This document shows, piece after piece, positions 1-7,938 of a DNA stretch of 20,266 bases (positions are counted from its first letter, which is position 1; each line of letters starts with the position of its first letter). The stretch is from Promethearchaeota archaeon (GTDB lineage Archaea; Asgardarchaeota; Lokiarchaeia; Sigyniarchaeales; SOKP01). The notes under the pieces are model-generated. The model was not told where the DNA came from. It ran no database searches and saw only the letters and a list, made by a program, of their open reading frames with translations. A program made the position numbers and the translations under genes. The stretch spans positions 1 through 20,266 of the forward strand of contig JBHLLT010000039.1 of assembly GCA_048938855.1 (NCBI GenBank). The letters are read 5' to 3'.

Positions 1-18
1 AATAAACTAAAAAAATAA

Positions 19-1452
19 TTATGAGAGATCTAGTCTTCTTTTATAATTTGATATTTTTGAGAGTAATGGAATAACTTCAAGCGGATCTCCAAAAACAGGA
101 ATACTTCTTTTATTTAACTTATTCAAGATTCTACCCCTTTCTTCAGGACGATTCAAACGTTGAATTATAGGAATTAATGGTTTATGATGTTTATGACCTA
201 AACTTAAAGCCTCTATTATGTTGCTTTCAAATGTGTGATTATCCACTGATTTAAAGACATTGGTTAAATAGAAACTAGGTAAATCTAGTATAAGCCCATC
301 AATAATGTCATCACTTAAAGCAAGATCAATTATTTCATATACTGCATTTTCAGTAAAAAACTGGGCGGCTAAATCTAAAGGATTTCTGGAACTTGTACCA
401 GGTAATATAAATTTAGATTCTAATATCTCTTGAATCTTAGGAGAAAATGGTGGTACTCTAATTCCTTCATTTTCTAGTAGATCAACTAAAATTACACCAT
501 ATCCTCCGCTGATACTAAAGACAGCTATATCATTAATGTCGAAAGCTCCATAGCAATCAATTAAACGAGCGGTATATAACAATTGTTCTAAAGAATTAAC
601 TTGAATCATATTATATTGTTGAAAAAAAGCCTCCCAAATTCTTTTATCTCCAGAAATTGAGGCAGTATGGGTTTTAGCTGCAATAGATCCAGTTTCTGAT
701 TGACCTCCTTTTAAAATTATTATAGGTTTTTTATTTTGATTTAGGACTTTTTTTAATGTTCCAATTCTACCTTCTTTAATACCCTCTAAATAACATAATA
801 TTATTTCAGTTTCTGGATCATTACTCAAAAAATAGAGTAAATCTACAAAATCTAAATCGGCACCGTTTCCAAATGAAAATACTTTTGAAAAATTAATTCC
901 AATCGCTTCTGCTCCATAAATCGCTATATTACAGATTCCACCTGACTGAGCAATAAATCCTATGTTTCCTGCTGTTGTTGGAAATTGTGAACGCCATGCG
1001 ATTCCCTTTTTAGGATAAAAAAGCCCCATTCCATTTGGTCCTAGTATTCTTACTTTATTCTGTGCTCGATTCAATAGTTCTCTTTCTAATTGAATTCCTT
1101 GTTCAGTCCCTGAATCAGAAAACTCAGAAGTAAAAACAGTTGCTAATTTTACCTTTTTTCTTACACAAGAATCTATTATTTTTAGAACTTGAGATGGTGG
1201 GACAGCAATAAAGACAAAATCCACATCTCCAGGGATGTCTTCTAATGTTGGAAAAATGCATTTCATATTAAAATTGGGTATATCATCAATTTTAGGGTGT
1301 ACTGCATAAACTGGACCTTTAAAATATTGTGCATGGTTTCTTAGAAAAAAGTAGTCTCTTTTTTTAGAAAATCCAACAACTGCTATTGATTTTATACTAT
1401 TTATAAAAAAGAGATCTTTAATATTTAATTCTCTAGAACCAATTTTTGACAT
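19..1452 (-). CDS. Acyl-CoA synthetase (NDP-forming) alpha subunit / CoA-binding protein
   Basis: 477 aa. N-terminal CoA-binding fold (SIAVVGFS, VYAVHP, DVDFVFIAVP), RILGPNGMG, IGFIAQSGG, SFGNGADL, ILCYLEG, phospho-His motif AAKTHTASISG, SISGGYG and NPLDL. No ATP-grasp (beta) domain in this ORF. Confidence 0.9.
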   Translation of the reverse strand: MSKIGSRELNIKDLFFINSIKSIAVVGFSKKRDYFFLRNHAQYFKGPVYAVHPKIDDIPNFNMKCIFPTLEDIPGDVDFVFIAVPPSQVLKIIDSCVRKKVKLATVFTSEFSDSGTEQGIQLERELLNRAQNKVRILGPNGMGLFYPKKGIAWRSQFPTTAGNIGFIAQSGGICNIAIYGAEAIGINFSKVFSFGNGADLDFVDLLYFLSNDPETEIILCYLEGIKEGRIGTLKKVLNQNKKPIIILKGGQSETGSIAAKTHTASISGDKRIWEAFFQQYNMIQVNSLEQLLYTARLIDCYGAFDINDIAVFSISGGYGVILVDLLENEGIRVPPFSPKIQEILESKFILPGTSSRNPLDLAAQFFTENAVYEIIDLALSDDIIDGLILDLPSFYLTNVFKSVDNHTFESNIIEALSLGHKHHKPLIPIIQRLNRPEERGRILNKLNKRSIPVFGDPLEVIPLLSKISNYKRRLDLS

Positions 1453-1482
1453 TAATTATGTAAAATAATGAAAAAATAAATT

Positions 1483-1497
1483 TTTTAAGATTTTTCC
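1483..1497 (-). promoter_or_regulatory. Putative BRE/TATA promoter of the acyl-CoA synthetase gene
   Basis: Minus strand reads GGAAAAATCTTAAAA, about 30-35 bp upstream of the ATG at 1452. Confidence 0.4.
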
Positions 1498-1749
1498 TAT
1501 TTATTTTTAGAATTCTTAAGTTTAGGAGGGATTTTGTATTTTTGTAAATTCTTCTGTGTTATAATATTTCGAATTTGAGAAGATAATTCATAATATCTTA
1601 TTAATAGAGGATATTTTGACTTTTATATATGGTACATTTATTTTTTATAAGTAAAAAGCTGATTACATTTAAGAATATTTTGCGGTAATTTCATATAAGA
1701 TAAGTAAGGATAAGCGTTTGGAAACCTCTTTTCAATTTTGTAAAATGAA

Positions 1750-1767
1750 AAAAAAAAGATTTATATA
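1750..1767 (+). promoter_or_regulatory. Putative BRE/TATA box (TTTATATA) for protease copy 1
   Basis: A-rich run followed by TTTATATA at 1760-1767, 193 bp before the ATG. The paralog has TTTATAAA at an equivalent position (194 bp). Confidence 0.55.
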
Positions 1768-1952
1768 TTAAACGGCATAATAAAAAATCACTGAAAATGT
1801 CTAGAATTTCTTAGGGTGAAAATCACTTGCAGAAGTTTTACGACTTTTTAGCGTTGTTCAAAATATTTTGTACAGAATGACTTTTTAAATATTTCAACAA
1901 CGAAAATGGAAAAGAAATTTCTAACAAATTTAAAAAAAAAAGATGAAAAGTT
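1760..1952 (+). promoter_or_regulatory. Conserved promoter plus long 5' leader of protease copy 1 (candidate structured RNA)
   Basis: Alignable with 4426-4619. Shared blocks are ACGGnATAATA, TCAC, TGTCTnnAATTTCnTAGGG, GACTTTTT, AATATnn...nnATATT and AGATGAAAAGTnATG. Confidence 0.5.
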
Positions 1953-4181
1953 ATGAGAAAAAAACTAGTTACAATACTAGTAGTCTTCGCCTTTTTAAGT
2001 GTTGCTGGAGTTACTGTGACGTTTAATGTGACAGGAAATGTCGCACAGGAATATAATGGATATGATATTGAACCAACTAAAGACATGAAAACTGCTGATG
2101 AGTATACACTTGATGGTGTGGAATTTACCCGACCACACAGTCCATGGGACTATCCTACACTTGATGATTACTTAGGTATTCTTGTTTGGCGTGAGTTTGA
2201 TAATATCTTTAACGGTACATATGGAAATATTTGGATTAGTTTAGATCCTGCATATGACGAATATATTGATAATGGTCCCGCAGGATATAGTCCTGAGGAT
2301 ATCTGGGTTTTTGGTTATCCATGGTCTGCTACAGGTTACCCAGATGATAGCTACCCAGGTGGATATTATTTACCTCCAGGGTATAAAGATACTATAACTG
2401 GACAAGACTTATTAGAAGTTTTAAATGAATTCGATACTAACATACATGATACTGATGTGGGATATTTTGGTGAATATGCTGATCGAGCAGGTCCATTTGG
2501 TGATTATAAAGTTCAAATTATGGTATTTAACCTTCGAGATGAATGGTTCTACGATCCTGTAAACGCAGCAGGATTTACTGAAGGATACTTCTGGAGCGCT
2601 ATTGCTAATTGGGGTGCAAATGCATTTCATATGGATACATATCAGTGGTGGAGAAGACAAGGTGGAGATCCACCTATGGTTGATCCTTTAACTGGATATG
2701 ATTATGGCTATCTTAGCGTTAAAGCATGGGAATATGAAGGAACCTTTGCTCACGAATTTCAACACCTTATACACTATGATAGAGACCCTGATGAATTTTC
2801 ATGGGTTAATGAAGGATGTTCAACCTTAGCTGAATGGTTATGTGGATATGGATTCTCACCGGGGCATATTTCAGAATATTTACTTTGGTTTTGGGATACT
2901 CCTTTGACAATCTGGGAAGGATATTTAGCTGATTATGGTGCTTCATTTCTATGGACTTTCTATATGTATCAACATTATGGTGGAGCTTCTTTCTTATGGG
3001 ATCTTGTCCAAGACCAAGCTAATGGAATTGCTGGTTATGAAAATACACTAGCAGCACATCATATCCATAGAACATTCGATCAAATCTTTCAAGATTGGTG
3101 TATCGCAAATTATCTTGATGATACAAGCTTCGGTCATGGAAGATATGGTTACTGGGAATTAGATATTCCCTCTGCAAACTCAGAAGATATGAGCATTCAG
3201 TTATCAATGGAATTATGGGCAACATGGTATGCAGGTACTGGTTTTTTCGATTGGTTTGTAGATGAATATCCATATGAGGGAAGCTATATTCTAGCCGGAC
3301 GTGGTTTACCTTACACTGCGAGCTATGTCAAATTCACCGATATGCCACAATTATTCAAAATTACCTTTGATGGTGATGATTATTGTGGTGCGGCTCCAAC
3401 AAGTGGTACTCATAATTGGTATTCTGGTGGTGAAGCATGGTCATGGTACCAACTTGGTCAGACATTTGATGTTCCTGCCACAGGAGCAACCTTACAATTC
3501 TCTAATTATTTCTCAATCGAATTAGATTGGGATTATGGTTATGTAGAAGTCCATGACCTTACTACTGACGAGTGGACAACACTTCCTGGTCTTATGACCA
3601 CCGACTATCTTGGACATGAGCAAAATAACCCTAATACTCCTAATGAGCGAGAACCAACCACTTATAATGATGCAGGAAAATGGAACTGCTTTACAGGAGA
3701 AAGTAATGGATTATATACTGAAATGATGGACCTTACACCTTTTGCAGGACACACAATAGAACTCTATTTTACATATTGGACTGATGGATATACACTCGGT
3801 TCAGGATGGTATCTTGATGATATTGAAATTCCTGAAATTGGGTTCTATGATGATTGTGAAACTGAAGGTGCTTGGACATTCAACGGATGGAGCTTAAATG
3901 ATGAGATTATTTACAATAATTTTGAAGTAAGCTTCATTACAACCTATACATTAACAAAGAAGAATGGTGCTGTATGGCATATATGGGACAGCATTTCCAA
4001 AATGTGCCTTAACAGTGCTACCGAAGAAGGTATGAAGAAAATTCTTGCCCTTAACAATAAGCGTACCTCAACTGAAGTAGTAATGGTTGTTGCGAACCAA
4101 CCGGGTTATGAACACACCTTTGGAACCAGCTATACTTATACTGCAGGCTCATGGAATTGGCATTGCCACTGGCATAAGTAA
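1953..4181 (+). CDS. Secreted/membrane-anchored zinc metalloprotease, copy 1 (gluzincin, M30-like catalytic domain plus immune-inhibitor-A-like C-terminal beta domain)
   Basis: 742 aa. Signal peptide/anchor MRKKLVTILVVFAFLSVAGVTV. HEFQH (2751-2765) followed by WVNEG as third Zn ligand. The C-terminal IELDWDYGYVEV...DLTPFAGHTIELYFTYWTD...GWYLDDIEI resembles InhA/M6-associated beta-sandwich domains. Confidence 0.85.
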   Translation: MRKKLVTILVVFAFLSVAGVTVTFNVTGNVAQEYNGYDIEPTKDMKTADEYTLDGVEFTRPHSPWDYPTLDDYLGILVWREFDNIFNGTYGNIWISLDPAYDEYIDNGPAGYSPEDIWVFGYPWSATGYPDDSYPGGYYLPPGYKDTITGQDLLEVLNEFDTNIHDTDVGYFGEYADRAGPFGDYKVQIMVFNLRDEWFYDPVNAAGFTEGYFWSAIANWGANAFHMDTYQWWRRQGGDPPMVDPLTGYDYGYLSVKAWEYEGTFAHEFQHLIHYDRDPDEFSWVNEGCSTLAEWLCGYGFSPGHISEYLLWFWDTPLTIWEGYLADYGASFLWTFYMYQHYGGASFLWDLVQDQANGIAGYENTLAAHHIHRTFDQIFQDWCIANYLDDTSFGHGRYGYWELDIPSANSEDMSIQLSMELWATWYAGTGFFDWFVDEYPYEGSYILAGRGLPYTASYVKFTDMPQLFKITFDGDDYCGAAPTSGTHNWYSGGEAWSWYQLGQTFDVPATGATLQFSNYFSIELDWDYGYVEVHDLTTDEWTTLPGLMTTDYLGHEQNNPNTPNEREPTTYNDAGKWNCFTGESNGLYTEMMDLTPFAGHTIELYFTYWTDGYTLGSGWYLDDIEIPEIGFYDDCETEGAWTFNGWSLNDEIIYNNFEVSFITTYTLTKKNGAVWHIWDSISKMCLNSATEEGMKKILALNNKRTSTEVVMVVANQPGYEHTFGTSYTYTAGSWNWHCHWHK

Positions 4182-4184
4182 GAC

Positions 4185-4216
4185 AATAAATTTATTAAAT
4201 TTTAATTTTTTTTTTT
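4185..4216 (+). terminator. Palindrome plus poly-T terminator after protease copy 1
   Basis: AATAAATTTATT palindrome followed by a long T run just after the stop. The same sequence follows copy 2. Confidence 0.65.
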
Positions 4217-4425
4217 ATTTCTCGTACTAAAATTACAGATAAACCATTTAGAATTAACCACATAAGAAATTCTGATATCAATAATAGATTTATACTGAAT
4301 TTTTTTAATATAGTGGGAACAAAATATTGGGGAGTAATGCTGTTTCAAATTCAACAAAAAGCGACTCGTCATAATATTGGAACGTGTCAGATGATACTTA
4401 GATCTGATGTTAGATTCAAATTAAC

Positions 4426-4619
4426 TTTATAAACAACACGGGATAATATAAATCTCACCAAATTTGTCTGCAATTTCGTAGGGAGTAATCTAATTTGTGA
4501 AATTTTTAGACTTTTTGGTAATATTTCTAATATCCTCAAACTGTATTGAGTTTTGGATATTTATACTGTAATAAGAAAAAAATAAGAACTAATTTAAAAA
4601 AAAATTGAGATGAAAAGTA
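4426..4619 (+). promoter_or_regulatory. TATA box (TTTATAAA, 4426-4433) plus conserved long 5' leader of protease copy 2
   Basis: Homologous to 1760-1952 at an offset of 2666-2667 bp, the same offset as the two genes. Confidence 0.5.
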
Positions 4620-6845
4620 ATGAGAAAAAGACTAGTTACATTACTTATAGTCTTCACCTTTATTAGTGTTGCTGGCGTTACCGTGATGTTTAATGTAACA
4701 GGAAATGTCAAGAAAGAGTATAATGGATACGACATCGCAGCTGTTAATGATTTTAAACATACAAATGAATTTACACTTGATGGTGTAGAATTTACTTATC
4801 CTCACAGTCCATGGTTGTATCCTACCCTTGATGATTATTTAGGTACAGTTGTTTGGCGTGAATTTGATAACATCTTTAATGGAACTCATGGAAATATTTG
4901 GATTACTTTAGATCCTGCATACGATGAATATATTGATCTTGGTCCAGCAGGATATAGTCCGGAGGACATTTGGGCTTTTGGTTATCCCTGGACTCCTACT
5001 GGATATCCTGATTCAGGTTATCCTGGTGGTTACTATTTACCTCCTGGATATAGAGATACAATAACTGGCGCAGATTTGTTAGATCTTCTAGACGAATTTG
5101 ACAGTAATATTCATGAGACAGTTGTGAACAATTTTGGTCATTATGCTGATCGAGCAGGTCCTTTTGGTGATTATAAAATCCAAATTATGATATTCAACCT
5201 TCGGGATGAATTTTTCTACTCTCCGCTTACGGCTCCTAGCTATACTGCTGGTTATTTCTGGCCTGCTATCGCTAATTGGGGCGTTAACGCATTCCATATG
5301 GATACATATCAGTGGTGGAGAAGACAAGGTGATAATCCACCTATGATTGATCCTTTAACTGGATATGATTATACTTATCTTAGTGTGAAACCAAATGCGT
5401 ATGAAGGAACTTTTGCTCATGAATTTCAACATCTTGTCAATAATGATGTAGATCCGGATGAATATTCATGGGTTGATGAAGGTAGCTCAGATTTGGCAAT
5501 ATATCTCTGTGGATATGGGTTTGCACCTGATCATATTTCAGAATATTTGCTTTGGCACTGGGATACTCCATTGACTATTTGGGAAGGTTATTTAGCTGAT
5601 TATGGAGCATCTTTTCTGTGGACTTTCTATATGTATGAACATTATGGTGGTGCTGATTTGATACGGGAGTTCTGTTATGAACAAGCTAATGGAATCGAAG
5701 GTTGGAATAATGTACTTGCGGCTCGTGGTATACATAAAACGTTTGATCAAATCTTTCAAGATTGGTGTATCGCAAATTATTTGGACGATACATCCTTCTG
5801 TCATGGAAGGTTTGGCTATTATGCATTAGATATACCATCTGATAACTCGGAAGGAGAAAGTATTCAAGCCTCAATGGAATATTGGTATGATTTATATGGA
5901 GAGTATGGCTTTTTCGATTGGTTTGTAGATGAATATCCATATGAGGGTAGTTATATCCTTGTTGGACGCGGTTTACCTTATACTGCAAATTATGTCAAAT
6001 TCACTGATATGCCACAATTATTTAAACTTACCTTTGATGGTGATGATTATTGTGGTGCTGTACCGACGAGTGGTAGCCATAATTGGTATTCAGGTGGTGA
6101 ACAATGGTCATGGTACCAACTTGGTCAGACATTTGAAGTTCCTGCTACAGGAGCGACTCTACAATTTTCAAATTATTATTCAATTGAATTAGATTGGGAC
6201 TATGGTTATGTAGAAGTCCACGATCTTACTACTGATGAATGGACAACGCTTCCTGGTCTTACTACTACCGACTATCTAGGGTATGAGCAAAATAATCCAA
6301 ACACTCCCCTTGAACGAGAACCATCAACCTATAATGAGGCTGGAACGTGGAATTGCTTTACAGGAGACAGTAATGGATTATATACTGAAATGATGGACCT
6401 TACACCTTTTGCAGGACACACAATTGAACTTTATTTCACATATTGGACTGACGCATATACACTTGGTTCAGGTTGGTATCTTGATGACATTGAAATTCCT
6501 GAAATAGGGTTTTATGATGATTGTGAGACTGAAGGTGCCTGGACATTCAATGGATGGAGCTTAAATGATCAGATTCTTTATAACAACTTTCATGTAAACT
6601 TCATTACAACCTATACATTAACAAAGAGGAATGGTGCTGTATGGCATATATGGAACAGCATTTCCAAAATGTGCATTAACAGTGCTACCGAAGAAGGAAT
6701 GAAGCGAATTCTTACCCTTAACAATAAACGTACTTCAACTGAAGTAGTAATGGTTATTGCAAACCAACCGGGTTATGAACACACAATTGGAACCAGCTAC
6801 ACTTATACTGCAGGCTCATGGAATTGGCATTGCCACTGGCACTGA
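4620..6845 (+). CDS. Secreted/membrane-anchored zinc metalloprotease, copy 2 (tandem paralog)
   Basis: 741 aa, collinear with copy 1. Signal peptide, HEFQH (5418-5432), WVDEG and the same C-terminal domain. Ends WNWHCHWH-TGA-TAA. Confidence 0.85.
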   Translation: MRKRLVTLLIVFTFISVAGVTVMFNVTGNVKKEYNGYDIAAVNDFKHTNEFTLDGVEFTYPHSPWLYPTLDDYLGTVVWREFDNIFNGTHGNIWITLDPAYDEYIDLGPAGYSPEDIWAFGYPWTPTGYPDSGYPGGYYLPPGYRDTITGADLLDLLDEFDSNIHETVVNNFGHYADRAGPFGDYKIQIMIFNLRDEFFYSPLTAPSYTAGYFWPAIANWGVNAFHMDTYQWWRRQGDNPPMIDPLTGYDYTYLSVKPNAYEGTFAHEFQHLVNNDVDPDEYSWVDEGSSDLAIYLCGYGFAPDHISEYLLWHWDTPLTIWEGYLADYGASFLWTFYMYEHYGGADLIREFCYEQANGIEGWNNVLAARGIHKTFDQIFQDWCIANYLDDTSFCHGRFGYYALDIPSDNSEGESIQASMEYWYDLYGEYGFFDWFVDEYPYEGSYILVGRGLPYTANYVKFTDMPQLFKLTFDGDDYCGAVPTSGSHNWYSGGEQWSWYQLGQTFEVPATGATLQFSNYYSIELDWDYGYVEVHDLTTDEWTTLPGLTTTDYLGYEQNNPNTPLEREPSTYNEAGTWNCFTGDSNGLYTEMMDLTPFAGHTIELYFTYWTDAYTLGSGWYLDDIEIPEIGFYDDCETEGAWTFNGWSLNDQILYNNFHVNFITTYTLTKRNGAVWHIWNSISKMCINSATEEGMKRILTLNNKRTSTEVVMVIANQPGYEHTIGTSYTYTAGSWNWHCHWH

Positions 6846-6851
6846 TAAGAC

Positions 6852-6885
6852 AATAAATTTATTAAATTTTAATTTTTTTTTTTTT
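6852..6885 (+). terminator. Palindrome plus poly-T terminator after protease copy 2
   Basis: AATAAATTTATTAAATTTTAA followed by a T run at 6873-6885. Confidence 0.65.
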
Positions 6886-6996
6886 AAATTTTATTTTTCT
6901 AAGATTACATTATAGACTTGAATTTTTAAAGAATGCTTAATTAATTTCATTTAAATCGGCAGAAATTAACATAAAATATCCTAGTGGCAAATCAGT

Positions 6997-7938
6997 TTGG
7001 ATAATCAAGAGATGGATGTTCAAAGAAAACTCTCTGAATTAAGAGCAGATAATTCATCAGGAGCAAGTGAATTAGTTTTTAAAGCTTTAGAAATTGTGAA
7101 ATCTCAGTTAGAATTAATTGAAGATCCAAATGAAAATATCGAAGATTTAATAATTGATTTAGCTAAAGAAATTATTGACTCACGTCCTACAATGGCCCCT
7201 CTAATTAACACTATTGGATGTATTCTTCAAAATTCAGTACCTCTCAATAAGAATACAATAAAGAAGAGTTTGAGGCAATTTGAAACAGATAGGATTTCTA
7301 GGAATAGAGCTCTTGAAGAATCGTTTCACGAATTTTTGAATTTATATGCAAAATCTCACTGTAGATTAATGCTTATTTCATATAGCTCTACAATTGTCAA
7401 TCTATTAAAGAAATTTAACAAATTTAATCTTGAAATATACGTTCTCGAATCGAGACCTTTATTTGAAGGACGAAAAACTGCTGAAATTTTGTCAAAATAC
7501 TTTAAAACTCATCTAATAATAGATGCTGCTATGGGAAAATTTATTGATCAAATTGATTTAGTGTTAATTGGAGTTGATAGTATCTTAGAAGACGGATCGA
7601 TAATTAATAAAATTGGGAGTCATCCTTTAGCATTATTAGCAGAAATTTATAAAAAAAAGGTTTATGCAATCTGCGATACTTTTAAGTATAACTTACGAAG
7701 CCATTTTGGATACCCAATTTTAATCGAAGAGAAACCTTCTGATGAGATTTATAGTGAAGAATTATTTAATGGTTTATTGGAAGTTCATAATTATTATTTT
7801 GATATTACAAGCCCTAAATATCTCTCAGGGATTATTACTAATCTGGGAGTATTAAGTGTTAAAGATTTTCTGAAAAAAGTACAACAAGATTTACCAATCG
7901 ATTGGTTTAAATATTTTATACATAACAAAAAGATATGA
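6997..7938 (+). CDS. Translation initiation factor eIF2B subunit-like / sugar-phosphate isomerase (IF-2B family) protein
   Basis: 313 aa (start may be ATG 7012). Motifs DNSSGASEL, SRPTMAPL, SYSSTI, ESRPLFEG, LIIDAA, LIGVDSILEDGSIINKIGS and NYYFDIT are typical of the IF-2B family. Confidence 0.85.
   Translation: MDNQEMDVQRKLSELRADNSSGASELVFKALEIVKSQLELIEDPNENIEDLIIDLAKEIIDSRPTMAPLINTIGCILQNSVPLNKNTIKKSLRQFETDRISRNRALEESFHEFLNLYAKSHCRLMLISYSSTIVNLLKKFNKFNLEIYVLESRPLFEGRKTAEILSKYFKTHLIIDAAMGKFIDQIDLVLIGVDSILEDGSIINKIGSHPLALLAEIYKKKVYAICDTFKYNLRSHFGYPILIEEKPSDEIYSEELFNGLLEVHNYYFDITSPKYLSGIITNLGVLSVKDFLKKVQQDLPIDWFKYFIHNKKI

Larger units (their letters stand above)
1760..6885 (+). repeat. Tandem duplication of a promoter-leader-gene-terminator unit (about 1760-4216 and 4426-6885)
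   Basis: Constant 2667-bp offset across the coding regions (ATG 1953/4620, HEFQH 2751/5418, TTC 3933/6600). Homologous upstream regions and an identical stretch of about 35 nt after the stop. Confidence 0.92.

Noticed and set aside
1838-2086. 82-aa minus-strand ORF
   Set aside because: Overlaps the protease start antisense, has no recognisable features and has no counterpart at copy 2 in the ORF track.
2421-2660. Antisense ORFs conserved between the duplicated genes (2421-2660/5088-5327 and 3019-3273/5686-5988), also 5592-5804
   Set aside because: Shadow frames of the protease genes. Their similarity follows from the duplication.
3301-3525. Alternative-frame ORFs 3301-3525 and 5929-6192
   Set aside because: Fully nested in the protease CDSs, with no motif and no independent translation signal.
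1953-6845. Duplicated protease genes as an assembly artefact
   Set aside because: The copies differ at many synonymous and non-synonymous sites, both keep intact frames, and they have distinct upstream sequence beyond the TATA box.
6843-6848. TGA followed by TAA at the end of protease copy 2, aligned with AAG-TAA in copy 1, as possible selenocysteine readthrough
   Set aside because: The aligned residue is Lys rather than Cys, the position would be terminal, and I see no SECIS-like hairpin before the T-run terminator. A double stop is the simpler reading.
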